Below, piece after piece: positions 39,577 through 50,380 of a DNA stretch of 64,000 bases. The first letter of the stretch is position 1, and each line of letters starts with the position of its first letter. The stretch spans positions 480,001 through 544,000 of the forward strand of contig CBDCRW010000004.1 of NCBI GenBank assembly GCA_965221125.1, read 5' to 3'. The translations under genes were made by a program, and so were the position numbers. The DNA is from Alphaproteobacteria bacterium (GTDB lineage Bacteria > Pseudomonadota > Alphaproteobacteria > UBA828). The notes beneath the pieces are model-generated. The model ran no database searches and was not told the DNA's origin. It worked only from the letters and a program-made list of their open reading frames with translations.

Positions 39577-40773
39577 ATGACCCGCTCCGGCGCCCGCGAC
39601 GTGGCGCTCCTTGCCACCTGCCAGGCGCTCTTCCTCACCTCGATGTCCGCGGTGGTGGCCGCGGCCGCCCTGATCGGGCACCAGCTCGCCGATACCAAGG
39701 TGCTGGCGACGCTCCCCATCGGCATTCAGTTCGTGATGACGATGGTGGCGACGGTGCCGGCGTCGCTGCTCATGAAGCGCATCGGGCGGCGCGACGGCTT
39801 CACCGTGGGTGCCGGCATCGGGCTTGCCGGCGCGCTGCTCGGCTTCTGGGCGATCATGGAAGCGAGCTTCCCGCTCTTCTGCGTCGCGCTCGCGCTAATC
39901 GGTGCGGCCAATGGATTCGCCCAGTACTACCGCTTCGCTGCGGCGGATGCGGCGAGCGAGGCCTTCAGGAGCCGGGCGATCTCGCTGGTGCTGGCAGGCG
40001 GCGTGATCGCCTCGGTCGGTCCCCTGCTCGCCGACTGGTCCAAGGACCTCTTCGCGCCGATCGCGTTCGCAGGCGTGTTCGCTACCATGGCTGCGCTCTA
40101 CGTGGCCACGCTGGTGGTGCTGCGCTTCATCACCATCCCGCCGCCGGACGCGGAGGAGCGCAGCAACACGGGCCGGCCGCTGCTCACGATCATGCGCCAG
40201 CCGACGTTCATCATCGCCGTGCTCGGCTCCCTCGTCGGCTACGCGATGATGTCGCTGCTGATGACCGCGACGCCGCTCGCCATGATGTTCTGCGGCTTCG
40301 GCTTCTCCGATTCGGCGCAGACGATCCAGTGGCACGTGCTCGGCATGTTCGCGCCCGCCTTCGTCACCGGCCACCTGATCAAGCGCTTCGGCACGAAGAC
40401 GATCATGGCCTGCGGCGCGCTGCTGATCGGGCTCTGCGCCGCAACCAACCTGCAAGGCATCGCACTGGCCAACTTCCAGGTCGCGCTGGTTCTGCTGGGG
40501 GTCGGCTGGAACTTCCTCTTCACCGGCGGCACGACGCTGGTGACCGAGATTCACAGCCCGGCGGAGAAGGCGAAGACGCAGGCTGCGCACGACTTCACCG
40601 TGTTCACCGGCGTCGCGGCGGCGGCGCTGCTCTCCGGCGCGCTGCACGAGGCCGTGGGCTGGCAAACGATGAACTACGCCGTGCTGCCGTTCCTCGCGAT
40701 CGTGCTCGCGGGGCTCGCCTGGCTCGGGCTGACCGGCCGCCGCGCCGCCGCAACCACGACGGCGGCGGAGTGA
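39577..40773 (+). CDS. MFS transporter
   Basis: About 12 TM helices; KRIGRR, YRFAAAD, IQWHVLGMFAP, GWNF. Confidence 0.9.
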   Translation: MTRSGARDVALLATCQALFLTSMSAVVAAAALIGHQLADTKVLATLPIGIQFVMTMVATVPASLLMKRIGRRDGFTVGAGIGLAGALLGFWAIMEASFPLFCVALALIGAANGFAQYYRFAAADAASEAFRSRAISLVLAGGVIASVGPLLADWSKDLFAPIAFAGVFATMAALYVATLVVLRFITIPPPDAEERSNTGRPLLTIMRQPTFIIAVLGSLVGYAMMSLLMTATPLAMMFCGFGFSDSAQTIQWHVLGMFAPAFVTGHLIKRFGTKTIMACGALLIGLCAATNLQGIALANFQVALVLLGVGWNFLFTGGTTLVTEIHSPAEKAKTQAAHDFTVFTGVAAAALLSGALHEAVGWQTMNYAVLPFLAIVLAGLAWLGLTGRRAAATTTAAE

Positions 40774-40797
40774 CGCCCGGCGGCGGACTACAGGAAC

Positions 40798-40946
40798 TCA
40801 GACCGTTTCCGCTTTACACTGAAATTCTCTGACTCTTTGTCGCTCACGGCAGCCGGTCTTCGACCGGCGCCTGCGCGGGCGCGCCGCATTCGCGGCGGGC
40901 CGCGGTCGCGGCCTGTCGCGCGTCCGTCAAAGCCGGACGCGCTCTA
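40798..40946 (+). repeat. dispersed multi-hairpin repeat, copy 2
   Basis: Core TCGCTCACGGCA and 3' block GGCCGCGGTCGCGGCCTGTCGCGCGTCCG...CGGACGCGCTCTA; its terminal CTA is the moaD stop codon. Confidence 0.85.
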
Positions 40947-41189
40947 ACCACCACCGATGCGGGGCAGGAAGCAGACCTCGCTCTCTGGTGCGACCGGGGC
41001 GAACAGGTCGTCCTGGTGGATCTGGCCATCGACGGCGACGGCCATGCCCTCCTCCAGCTCGCGCCCGATCCCCGCATAGCGGGCCTCGAGCGCGCGGATC
41101 ACGCCGCGAATGTCGCTCGCCTCGACCTCAAGCTCCTTCACCCCGCCGGTGTAGCGGGCGAGGCTCGAGGGCAGGACGACCTGCACCAA
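40944..41189 (-). CDS. MoaD/ThiS family sulfur carrier
   Basis: 81 aa ubiquitin-like size, VAVDG, C-terminal PRIGGG. Confidence 0.85.
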   Translation of the reverse strand: MVQVVLPSSLARYTGGVKELEVEASDIRGVIRALEARYAGIGRELEEGMAVAVDGQIHQDDLFAPVAPESEVCFLPRIGGG

Positions 41190-41221
41190 GGCGCTCAGGC
41201 GCCCCCGCCGTCAAGCGCCGT

Positions 41222-43519
41222 TCAGGCGCTGCCCCCGCCGTTATCCATCGCCTCCAGGAGCCTGGGCGGCGACATCGGCAGGTCGGTCATGCGCACGCCG
41301 GTCGCGTTCTCGATCGCGTTGGCGACCGCCGCCATGGGCGGCACGATCGGCGTCTCGCCGACGCCGCGCACGCCGTAGGGGTGGTTCGGGTTGGGCACTT
41401 CGACGATGACCGCGTCGATCATCGGCAGGTCCGAGGCCACGGGCATGCGGTAGTCGAGGAAGCCCGGATTCTCGAGCCGGCCATCCTTGTCGTAGATGTA
41501 CTCCTCGTTGAGCGCCCAGCCGATGCCCTGGGCGGCGCCGCCCTGGATCTGGCCTTCGACGTAGCTCGGATGCACCGCCTTGCCGGCGTCCTGCACGGCG
41601 GTGTAGCGCAGCACGGTGACGCGCCCGGTCTCGCGGTCCACCTCCACGTCGCAGACATGGGTGCCGAAGCCGGGGCCCGCGCCTTGCGCGTTGATGGCCG
41701 CGGTCGCCGCGATGGGGCCGCCGGTCTTGCCGGCCTGGGCCGCGATCTCGGCCATGCTCATGGGCTCGAAGTCGCCGGCGTTGCTGCCCGACGGCTTGGC
41801 GTAGCCGTCCTCCCATTCGACCGCGTCGACCGGGATGTCCCAGATCTTGGCGGCCCGTGCGCGCAGCTCTGCCACGACCTTGCCCGCCGCCTCGATGGCC
41901 GCCATGCCGGTGGCGAAGGTGACGCGGCTGCCGCCGGTGAGGAAGGTGTAGCCGATGGAATCGGTGTCGGCGACCAGCGGGCGCACCCGCTCCGGCGGGA
42001 TGCCGAGGGCTTCCGCCGCCTGCAGCTGGATCGAGGCGCGCGAGCCGCCGATGTCGGGGTTGCCCTCGATCACCGTCGCCGTGCCGTCCTCGTTGACGTT
42101 GATGGTGGCGCAGGATTCGCCGCCGATGTTGAACCAGAAGCCGGTGGCGATGCCGCGGCCCTGGTTGGGGCCGAGCGGTGTCTTGTAGTGCTCGCTGCTG
42201 CGCGCGGCCTCCAGCGTCTCGATGCAGCCGACGGGCCCGAACTTGGGTCCGTAGAGGGCGCGCGTGCCCTCCTTCGCCGCGTTCATCAGGCGGAACTCGG
42301 CAGGCTCGATGCCGAGCTTCTTGGCGAGCTCGTCGACCACCCCTTCGGACGCGAACTCCGAGATCGGCGCGCCCGGCGCGCGGTAGGCGGCGACCTTGGG
42401 CCGGTTCACCACCACGTCGTAGCCCTCGACCTCGGCGTTCTCGATGTCGTAGGGGGCGAAGACGCACATACAGCCCGGCCCGATCGGCGAGCCGGGGAAG
42501 GCGCCGGCCTGATAGGCGAGCCATGCCTTGGCGGCGGTGATCTTGCCGTCCTTGGTGGCGCCCATCTTGATCGTCATGGCGCCGCCGGAGGTCGGCCCGC
42601 TCGCGCGGAAGACTTCTTCCCGCGACATCACCATCTTGACCGGCCGGCCGGCAAGCTGCGACAGCCTGAGCGCGATCGGCTCGAGATAGACCACGGTCTT
42701 GCCGCCGAAGCCGCCGCCGATCTCCGACGGCGTGACGTTGATCTTGCCGATGTCGATGCCGAGCAGGTTGGCGCAGTAGGCGCGCACGGTGAACTGCCCC
42801 TGGGTGCAGCACCAGACCTCGCACTGGCCGTCCTCGCCGGCGCTGGCGACCACGGCGTGGGGCTCGATGTAGCCCTGATGCACGGGCTTGGTGGTGAACG
42901 TGCGCTCGACGATCACGTCGGCCTCGCCGAACCCCTTCTCCAGGTCGCCGGTGGAGAACTCGACCTTCTTGAAGATGTTGGACGGCGTCTCCGGCGTGGG
43001 CTCCACGCCCTCGGTGAACATGTCGTCGTGAAGCACGGGCGCGTCCGGCTTCATCGCCTCGCGCACGTCGATCACGTGCGGCAGCACCTCGTAGTCCACC
43101 TCGATCAGGTCGAGCGCCTGCTTGGCGATGGCCTGAGAGGTCGCCGCCACGGCCGCCACGGCGTGGCCGTCATAGAGCGCCTTCTCCCGCGCCATCACGT
43201 TCTGCGACATGTCGCGGTAGTTGACCGCCACCTCGCCTGCCGGAACCCACTGGTTGGGAATGTCCGGCAGCTCGTCGCGGGTGACGATGGCCTTCACGCT
43301 CGGCAGCGCGCGGGCCTTCGACGTGTCGATGGAGCGGATGCGCGCGTGCGCGTGGGGGCTGCGCAGCACCCGGCCCACCAGCATGCCCGGCAGCGAGATG
43401 TCCGCGCCGAACTTGGCCCGGCCGGTCACCTTGTCGACGCCGTCAGGGCGCCACGGCCGGGTGCCGACGTACTTGAGCGAGCCGTTGCCGTTACCGATCT
43501 CCTGCTTGGCGGTTGCCAT
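41222..43519 (-). CDS. xanthine dehydrogenase family molybdopterin-binding subunit
   Basis: KVTGRAKF, RSPHAHARI, GGGFGGK, AYRAPG, EGQIQGG, GVGE. Confidence 0.92.
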   Translation of the reverse strand: MATAKQEIGNGNGSLKYVGTRPWRPDGVDKVTGRAKFGADISLPGMLVGRVLRSPHAHARIRSIDTSKARALPSVKAIVTRDELPDIPNQWVPAGEVAVNYRDMSQNVMAREKALYDGHAVAAVAATSQAIAKQALDLIEVDYEVLPHVIDVREAMKPDAPVLHDDMFTEGVEPTPETPSNIFKKVEFSTGDLEKGFGEADVIVERTFTTKPVHQGYIEPHAVVASAGEDGQCEVWCCTQGQFTVRAYCANLLGIDIGKINVTPSEIGGGFGGKTVVYLEPIALRLSQLAGRPVKMVMSREEVFRASGPTSGGAMTIKMGATKDGKITAAKAWLAYQAGAFPGSPIGPGCMCVFAPYDIENAEVEGYDVVVNRPKVAAYRAPGAPISEFASEGVVDELAKKLGIEPAEFRLMNAAKEGTRALYGPKFGPVGCIETLEAARSSEHYKTPLGPNQGRGIATGFWFNIGGESCATINVNEDGTATVIEGNPDIGGSRASIQLQAAEALGIPPERVRPLVADTDSIGYTFLTGGSRVTFATGMAAIEAAGKVVAELRARAAKIWDIPVDAVEWEDGYAKPSGSNAGDFEPMSMAEIAAQAGKTGGPIAATAAINAQGAGPGFGTHVCDVEVDRETGRVTVLRYTAVQDAGKAVHPSYVEGQIQGGAAQGIGWALNEEYIYDKDGRLENPGFLDYRMPVASDLPMIDAVIVEVPNPNHPYGVRGVGETPIVPPMAAVANAIENATGVRMTDLPMSPPRLLEAMDNGGGSA

Positions 43520-43522
43520 GGG

Positions 43523-43999
43523 TTATTCTCCTCTCAGCTCGGCCGCCGTCGTCATCACGGCGCGGATGATCTTGTCGTAGCCGGTGCAGCGGCAGAGATT
43601 GCCGGCCAGCCAGTAGCGTGCCTCGGTCTCAGTCGGATTGGGGTTCTCTTCCAGGAGCGCCTTGGCGGCGACCAGGAAGCCCGGCGTGCAGACGCCGCAT
43701 TGCAGCGCCGCGTCCTCCAGGAACTGGCGCTGCAGCGGGTGCAGCGTCTCGCCCTCGGCCATGCCCTCGATGGTGCCGATCTCGCGGCCCTCGGCCTCGG
43801 TGCCGAGCATGAGGCAGGAGCAGACGAGGGTGCCATCCACGGTCACGCTGCAGGCGCCGCAGTCGCCGGTGGCGCAGCCTTCCTTGGTGCCGGTGAGCTC
43901 CAGCTCGTCGCGGAGCACGTCGAGAAGGGTCTGCTCGCCCGAGCAGAGGAACTCCGTCGGCTCGCCGTTGATGCTGGTGGTTACATGATACTTGGCCAT
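43523..43999 (-). CDS. xanthine dehydrogenase family 2Fe-2S subunit
   Basis: GCATGDCGAC, QCGVCTPG, NLCRCTGY. Confidence 0.92.
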   Translation of the reverse strand: MAKYHVTTSINGEPTEFLCSGEQTLLDVLRDELELTGTKEGCATGDCGACSVTVDGTLVCSCLMLGTEAEGREIGTIEGMAEGETLHPLQRQFLEDAALQCGVCTPGFLVAAKALLEENPNPTETEARYWLAGNLCRCTGYDKIIRAVMTTAAELRGE

Positions 44000-44871
44000 C
44001 AGCCGTTGCTCCTCGCTCGCTCGAGGGCGATGAGCGCGGCCCGCCTGGCCAGCACCCCCGCCACCTTGACCCGGTATTCGATGGTTCCGCGCTTGTCGTC
44101 GATGGGGTTGCACGCGGCGCTCGCGGCCGCTGCGAGGTTGGCCAGCGCGTCGTCGTCCACCGTGGTGCCGATCAGCGCCTTCGCGCCGTCCTCCACCAGC
44201 AGCGGGCGGGGCGCGACCGCGCCGAGGCCCAGCCTCGCGTGGGTGCAGACGCCCGCGTCGTCCAACGTGAGCGCGACGCCGGCGCCGACCACGGCGATGT
44301 CCATCTCCGTGCGCGGGATGAAGCGCAGGTAGGCATCGCCCGAGCGGGGCGGCGGCTTCGGCATGACGAAGGAGACCACGATCTCGCCGGCGCCGAGGGA
44401 GAGCTGGCCGGGGCCGGTCACCACGTCCTCCACCGGCACCGAGCGGGTGCCGCCGGGGCCTGCGATCTCGCACACGGCCCCGGCCGCGATCAGCGCGGGC
44501 ACGCTGTCGGCGGCGGGCGAGCCGTTGCAGAGGTTGCCGCCGAGCGAGGCGCGGCCCTGAATCTGGGTCGAGCCGATCAGCTCCAGCGCTTCCACCACGC
44601 CGGGCCATGCGGCCTTCACGGCCTCGTTCTTGCCGAGGGTCGCACCGGAGACGGCGGCACCGACGCGAATCTCGTCGCCGTTGGCCGTCACGTCCATGAG
44701 CGCCGGGATGCGCTTCAGATCGACGATCAGGCCCGGCCGGACGAAGTCCGTCCGCAGCTGCACCAGGAGGTCGGTGCCGCCGGCGAGCGCTTTGGCTTCG
44801 CCGTCGGCGTCAGCGAGAAGCCGGACGGCGTCGTCGACCGTCTCGGGCGCCTCGAATCGTAGGCTGGTCAT
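43999..44871 (-). CDS. xanthine dehydrogenase family FAD-binding subunit
   Basis: [29 protein letters not shown]. Confidence 0.92.
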   Translation of the reverse strand: MTSLRFEAPETVDDAVRLLADADGEAKALAGGTDLLVQLRTDFVRPGLIVDLKRIPALMDVTANGDEIRVGAAVSGATLGKNEAVKAAWPGVVEALELIGSTQIQGRASLGGNLCNGSPAADSVPALIAAGAVCEIAGPGGTRSVPVEDVVTGPGQLSLGAGEIVVSFVMPKPPPRSGDAYLRFIPRTEMDIAVVGAGVALTLDDAGVCTHARLGLGAVAPRPLLVEDGAKALIGTTVDDDALANLAAAASAACNPIDDKRGTIEYRVKVAGVLARRAALIALERARSNG

Positions 44872-45049
44872 GTGCGAGGGGTTCCTCCTGTTGGCGCAGC
44901 ACCGTGTTGGCGCCCTCTTTTACCCGAAAAGCCCGGAAGGTTCACAGGGGCAAAATGGCAGGGCATATCGCGGTTACACAAGGCGCGCGCGGCGTGGCAC
45001 TATCCGGGTGCGCGACGCTGCGAGCGCCGGAGGGTGGGAGCCCAGCGCC

Positions 45050-47194
45050 ATGACCGATTCCGCCGACAAGACCGCCGCCGACTGGGAGGCGCTCGCTGCC
45101 CGTGAGCTGAAGGGCAGGGACCCGTCCGGGCTCGCGTGGGAGACGCCGGAAGGCATCACGGTCAAGCCGCTCTATACCGCAGCCGACCTGGAGGCGCTGG
45201 AGGACCAGCCGGGGCTGCCGGGCTTCGCGCCGTACACGCGGGGCGTGCGCGCCACCATGTTCGCCAACCGGCCGTGGACGATCCGCCAGTACGCAGGCTT
45301 CGCCACCGCCGAGGAGTCGAACGCCTTCTACAAGCGGAACCTCGCGGCCGGGCAGAAGGGGCTCTCCGTGGCCTTCGATCTGGCCACGCACCGGGGCTAC
45401 GACAGCGACCATCCGCGCGTGCGCGGCGACGTCGGCAAGGCGGGCGTCGCCATCGACACCGTGGAGGACATGAAGCGCCTCTTCGACGGCATTCCCTTGG
45501 GCGAGGTCAGCGTGTCGATGACCATGAACGGCGCCGTGCTGCCGGTGCTGGCCGCCTACGTCGTGGCGGCCGAGGAGCAGGGTGTCGGGCCGGAGAAGCT
45601 GGCCGGGACCATCCAGAACGACATCCTCAAGGAGTTCATGGTCCGCAACACCTACATCTACCCGCCCGAGCCCAGCATGCGGATCGTGGCCGACATCATC
45701 GCCTATACCGCGCAGAACATGCCGCGCTTCAACTCGATCTCGATCTCCGGCTACCACATGCAGGAGGCCGGCGCGACGCTGGTGCAGGAGCTAGGTTTCA
45801 CGCTGGCCGACGGGCTCGACTACGTGCGCGCGGCGCTCTCGCGCGGGCTCGCCATCGACGATTTCGCGCCCCGGCTCTCGTTCTTCTTCTGCATCGGCAT
45901 GAACTTCTTCATGGAGGTGGCGAAGCTGCGCGCGGCGCGGCTGCTCTGGGCGCGCTTCATGCAGGGTTTTGGGGCGAAGGACCCGCGCTCGCTCATGCTG
46001 CGCACCCACTGCCAGACTTCGGGCGTCTCGCTGGCCGAGCAGGACCCCTACAACAACGTGGTCCGCACCGCCTACGAGGCGATGGCGGCGGTGCTTGGCG
46101 GCACCCAGTCGCTGCACACCAACGCGCTGGACGAGGCGGTGGCGCTGCCCACCGACTTTTCGGCCCGGATCGCGCGCAACACCCAGCTCATCCTGCAGCA
46201 CGAGACCGGCGTGCCCCGGGTGGTGGATCCGCTCGGCGGCTCCTACTACGTAGAGGCGCTCACCGCGTCGCTCGCGCGGGAGGCGTCGGCGCTGATCGAC
46301 GAGGTGGAGGAACTCGGCGGCATGACCAAGGCGGTGGCCGCCGGCATGCCCAAGCTCCGCATCGAGGAGGCCGCCGCGCGCCACCAGGCGCGGCTCGACC
46401 GGGGCGAGGATGTGGTGGTCGGCGTCAACCGCTACCAGACGGATTCGGACGACATGCCGGCTCTTCTGGACGTGGACAACTATGCGGTGCGCGAGGCGCA
46501 GATCGCCCGCATCGCCGAGGTCCGCGCCGGACGGGACGAGGCAGCCTGCCGGGCTGCGCTCGACCGCCTGACGGAAGCCGCGAACGGGGACGGCAACCTG
46601 CTTGCGCTCACGGTGGACGCCATGCGCGCGAGAGCGACGGTGGGCGAGGTCTCCGACGCGCTGGAGGCGGCGTTCACCCGCCACCGGGCGACGGTGCGCA
46701 CGGTCTCCGGCGTCTACGGCGCGGCCTACGCACAGGACGACGCCTTTCAGACCATCCGCCGCGAGACCGCGCTCTTCGCCGAGGCGGAGGGGCGCAGGCC
46801 CCGCATCCTCGTGGTCAAGCTCGGCCAGGACGGGCACGACCGGGGCGCCAAGGTGATCGCGACGGCCTTCGCCGACATCGGCTTCGACGTCGATATCGGC
46901 CCGCTCTTCCAGACGCCGGAGGAGGCCGCCCGCGATGCGCTGGAGAACGACGTGCATGTGGTGGGCGTCTCCAGCCAGGCGGCCGGCCACAAGACGCTGG
47001 TGCCGGAGCTGGTGCAGGCGTTGCGTGAGGCCGGCGCGGGCCACGTGGCGGTGGTGTGCGGCGGCGTGATTCCGCCGCAGGACCACGAGTTCCTGCACGA
47101 TGCCGGCGTCGCCGCCGTCTACGGCCCCGGCACCAACATCCCCGCCGCCGCGCAGGACATCATGGCGCTGATCCGCCGCCCCGAGGCGGCGTAG
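45050..47194 (+). CDS. scpA: methylmalonyl-CoA mutase
   Basis: [46 protein letters not shown]12 motif. Confidence 0.95.
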   Translation: MTDSADKTAADWEALAARELKGRDPSGLAWETPEGITVKPLYTAADLEALEDQPGLPGFAPYTRGVRATMFANRPWTIRQYAGFATAEESNAFYKRNLAAGQKGLSVAFDLATHRGYDSDHPRVRGDVGKAGVAIDTVEDMKRLFDGIPLGEVSVSMTMNGAVLPVLAAYVVAAEEQGVGPEKLAGTIQNDILKEFMVRNTYIYPPEPSMRIVADIIAYTAQNMPRFNSISISGYHMQEAGATLVQELGFTLADGLDYVRAALSRGLAIDDFAPRLSFFFCIGMNFFMEVAKLRAARLLWARFMQGFGAKDPRSLMLRTHCQTSGVSLAEQDPYNNVVRTAYEAMAAVLGGTQSLHTNALDEAVALPTDFSARIARNTQLILQHETGVPRVVDPLGGSYYVEALTASLAREASALIDEVEELGGMTKAVAAGMPKLRIEEAAARHQARLDRGEDVVVGVNRYQTDSDDMPALLDVDNYAVREAQIARIAEVRAGRDEAACRAALDRLTEAANGDGNLLALTVDAMRARATVGEVSDALEAAFTRHRATVRTVSGVYGAAYAQDDAFQTIRRETALFAEAEGRRPRILVVKLGQDGHDRGAKVIATAFADIGFDVDIGPLFQTPEEAARDALENDVHVVGVSSQAAGHKTLVPELVQALREAGAGHVAVVCGGVIPPQDHEFLHDAGVAAVYGPGTNIPAAAQDIMALIRRPEAA

Positions 47195-47313
47195 CGCCCC
47201 CACCCCTCTGCGGCGGCATTTGATCCGACCCCGCTTCGTGCTTATGTGAGACGCGCACGTAACGTGCGCCGAGCCCTGCCGCCGGCGGGGCACGCCACCG
47301 GATTCACGGCCCC

Positions 47314-49206
47314 ATGGTTGCTCTCGATCGCGAGGCCCGCGAGCCCGCAAGGGAAGAACGCTCGCACCTGCACACCATCCGCACGCTGCTGCCCTATCTC
47401 TGGCCGCGCGATTCGCTGGAGATGCGGGGCCGCGTGGTGCTCGCGGTCATCCTCCTGGTCGGCGCCAAGGTGGCCAACGTCTACGTGCCCATCCTCTACA
47501 AGGACGCGGTCGACATCCTGTCGGACGGCACGGCGGCGGTCATCGTCGTGCCGGTGGCGATCCTGCTGGCCTATGGTGCGCTCCGGGTGCTCACGGTCGC
47601 CTTCGGGGAGCTCAGGGACGCCGTCTTCGCCAAGGTGGGCGAGCGCGCGATCCGCACCGTGGCGCTGCAGGTCTTCAACCACCTGCACGAGCTTTCGCTC
47701 CGCTACCACATCGAGCGGCGCACCGGCGGGCTCAGCCGCGCCATCGAGCGCGGCGTCAAGGGGATCGAGTTCCTGCTCACCTTCATGCTGTTCAACATCC
47801 TGCCGACCCTGGTGGAGGTCACCATGGTCTGCGGCATCCTCTGGGTCCTCTACGGCATCACCTACGCGGCGGTGACCTTCGTCACCATCGGGCTCTTCAT
47901 CGCCTTCACGCTCACCGTCACCGAGTGGCGCCTGAAGTACCGGCGGCGCATGAACGAGAAGGACAGCGAGGCCAACACCAAGGCCATCGACAGCCTGCTC
48001 AACTACGAGACGGTCAAGTATTTCGGCAACGAGATGCACGAGGCACAGCGCTTCGACGTCTCGCGGCGGCAGTACGAGCGCGCGGCGGTCCAGAGCAAGA
48101 CCAGCCTCTCGCTGATGAACATCGGCCAGGGGTTCATCATCGCCACCGGGCTCACCGGCATCACGATCATGGCCGGCTACGAGGTCGCCGCCGGCACCAT
48201 GACCATCGGCGACTTCGTGCTGGTGAACACCTACCTGCTCCAGCTTTACATCCCGCTCAACTTCCTGGGCTTCGTCTATCGCGAGATCAAGCAGTCGCTC
48301 ACCGACATGGAGGCGATGTTCGTCATCCTCAAGGTGGAGCGCGAGATCGAGGACGCGGCGGACGCGCCGCCGCTCCAGGTGACGGCCGGCGCCATCGAGT
48401 TCGAGGACGTGCGCTTCCGCTACGAGGAACGCCGCGGCATCCTCGACGGCATCTCGTTCAGCGTCCGCCCCGGCACCACCACGGCCATCGTCGGCGCGAG
48501 CGGCGCCGGCAAGTCGACCATCTCGCGCATCCTCTTCCGCTTCTACGATATCGAGTCCGGCAGCGTCAGGATCGACGGCCAGGACGTGCGCAACGTGACG
48601 CAGGAGAGCCTGCGCGCGGCCATCGGCATCGTTCCGCAGGACACGGTGCTCTTCAACGACACGATCCTCTACAACATCGCCTACGGCCGGCCCGACGCGA
48701 GCCGCGAAGAGGTGGAGGAAGCGGCAAGGCTCGCCCGCATCCACGACTTCATCGCTGCGCTGCCCGACGGCTACGAGAGCATGGTGGGCGAACGCGGCCT
48801 CAAGCTCTCCGGCGGCGAGAAGCAGCGGGTGGCGATTGCGCGCACGATCCTCAAGAATCCCCGTATCCTGCTGTTCGACGAGGCCACCTCGGCCCTCGAT
48901 TCGCAGACCGAGAAGGAGATCCAGGCGAGTCTGCGGGAGGTCAGCCGCGACCGCTCCACGCTCATGATCGCGCACCGCCTTTCCACGGTCATCGACGCAG
49001 ATCAGATCCTCGTGCTGGACGCGGGCCGCATCGTCGAGCGCGGCCGCCACGCCGAGCTGCTGGTGCGCGACGGCCGCTACGCCGAGATGTGGTGGCGCCA
49101 GCAGGAGACCGCCGAGCTGCGGGAGGAGCTGGAGCAACGGCTCGCCGACGAGCAAGGGCAGGGCGCAGAGACGACGCCTCAGCCTGACGAGACCACCACG
49201 CCATGA
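47314..49206 (+). CDS. Atm1/HMT1-type ABCB exporter (fused TMD-NBD)
   Basis: DSLLNYETVKYF, PLNFLG..YREI, GASGAGKST, GERGLKLSGGEKQR. Confidence 0.92.
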   Translation: MVALDREAREPAREERSHLHTIRTLLPYLWPRDSLEMRGRVVLAVILLVGAKVANVYVPILYKDAVDILSDGTAAVIVVPVAILLAYGALRVLTVAFGELRDAVFAKVGERAIRTVALQVFNHLHELSLRYHIERRTGGLSRAIERGVKGIEFLLTFMLFNILPTLVEVTMVCGILWVLYGITYAAVTFVTIGLFIAFTLTVTEWRLKYRRRMNEKDSEANTKAIDSLLNYETVKYFGNEMHEAQRFDVSRRQYERAAVQSKTSLSLMNIGQGFIIATGLTGITIMAGYEVAAGTMTIGDFVLVNTYLLQLYIPLNFLGFVYREIKQSLTDMEAMFVILKVEREIEDAADAPPLQVTAGAIEFEDVRFRYEERRGILDGISFSVRPGTTTAIVGASGAGKSTISRILFRFYDIESGSVRIDGQDVRNVTQESLRAAIGIVPQDTVLFNDTILYNIAYGRPDASREEVEEAARLARIHDFIAALPDGYESMVGERGLKLSGGEKQRVAIARTILKNPRILLFDEATSALDSQTEKEIQASLREVSRDRSTLMIAHRLSTVIDADQILVLDAGRIVERGRHAELLVRDGRYAEMWWRQQETAELREELEQRLADEQGQGAETTPQPDETTTP

Positions 49207-50198
49207 GCACGCGCCGGCAGGGTAAGGACCGGGTGCCGCTGCTCGACGACATCATAGCGGGCGACCGCCGCGCGCTGGCCGCCGCGATCACCCTTGTCGA
49301 ATCGACGCGGGAGGAGGACCACGAGCCGGCCGAGGCGCTGCTCCAAGCGCTGCTGCCGCATGCGGGCAAGGCCGTGCGCCTCGGCATCTCGGGCGCGCCG
49401 GGGGTCGGCAAGTCGACCTTCATCGAGGCCTTCGGCACGCGCGCCATCGCGGCAGGCCGGCGGCTCGCGGTGCTCGCGGTCGACCCGTCCAGCGAGCGCT
49501 CCGGCGGCTCGATCCTCGGCGACAAGACGCGTATGCCGGAGCTTGCGCGGAGCGAGCGCAGCTTCATCCGCGCCACGCCTGCGGGCGGCGCGCTCGGCGG
49601 CGTCGCGCGGCGCACGCGCGATGCGATGATCGCCTGCGAGGCGGCGGGCTTCGACTTCGTGATGGTCGAGACCGTGGGCGTCGGCCAGTCCGAGGCCGCC
49701 GTCGCTGACATGGTGGACCTCTTCATGCTGCTGGTGCAGCCCGGCGCCGGCGACGAGCTGCAGGGCATCAAGCGGGGCGTGATGGAGCGCGCCGACATCG
49801 TCGTCGTCACCAAGGCCGACGGCGCGCTGGCAGCGCCGGCCGCCCACGCCAAGGCGGACTTCGAGGCCGCGCTCTCGCTCCACGCGGGCGAGGGGCCGTG
49901 GACGCCCTGCGTCATCGCGTGCTCGTCCGTGGAGGGGACGGGCCTCGACGAGATCGCGGATGCGGTGGAGCGCCACCGGGCGGCGCTGGACGCAGAAGGC
50001 GCGCTGGAGGCCAGGCGGGCTGCCCAGGCCAGGACCTGGCTCTGGCGTGAGGTCGAGGCGTCGCTGATGGCGCGGCTCCGCGCCGACGGCAGGCTCGCGC
50101 CGACGGTCGAGGCGCTGGAGGCCGAGGTCACGGCCCAGACGCTCACGCCCGCCGCCGCCGCCCGCCGCATCGTCGCCGGCATCCTGAGCCGCGACTGA
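49203..50198 (+). CDS. meaB: methylmalonyl-CoA mutase-associated GTPase
   Basis: GAPGVGKST, DPSS..SGGSILGDKTRM, ETVGVGQSE, GDELQGIKRG. Confidence 0.93.
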   Translation: MSTRRQGKDRVPLLDDIIAGDRRALAAAITLVESTREEDHEPAEALLQALLPHAGKAVRLGISGAPGVGKSTFIEAFGTRAIAAGRRLAVLAVDPSSERSGGSILGDKTRMPELARSERSFIRATPAGGALGGVARRTRDAMIACEAAGFDFVMVETVGVGQSEAAVADMVDLFMLLVQPGAGDELQGIKRGVMERADIVVVTKADGALAAPAAHAKADFEAALSLHAGEGPWTPCVIACSSVEGTGLDEIADAVERHRAALDAEGALEARRAAQARTWLWREVEASLMARLRADGRLAPTVEALEAEVTAQTLTPAAAARRIVAGILSRD

Positions 50199-50200
50199 CT

Positions 50201-50325
50201 GTTTCTCGCTCACGGCGGTTGGCGGTTCTGCGATTCCGTGCGCCTGGCGGCGCGACGGCCAACGCCTGCGCGGGCGGGCCGCTGTCGCGGCCTGTCGTGC
50301 GTCCGTGCATGTCGGACGCGGTCTA
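50201..50325 (+). repeat. dispersed multi-hairpin repeat, copy 3 (5'-truncated)
   Basis: TCGCTCACGGC core through CGGACGCGGTCTA; lacks the first hairpin and one internal hairpin. Confidence 0.8.
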
Positions 50326-50331
50326 AACGAC

Positions 50332-50361
50332 ACCGGCCCCCGGCTTCCACCGGGGGCCGGT
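50332..50361. terminator. hairpin between convergent genes
   Basis: 12-bp perfect stem accggcccccgg/ccgggggccggt. Confidence 0.55.
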
Positions 50362-50380
50362 CGCTCTCGTCAGAGAGCGG

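Noticed and set aside
41195-41243. Short imperfect direct repeat around the large-subunit stop codon
   Set aside because: Small, GC-rich, and without effect on either reading frame.
41222-43519. Aerobic CO dehydrogenase coxL
   Set aside because: Active-site loop is AYRAPGA, not AYxCSFR or AYRGAGR; no coxDEFG.
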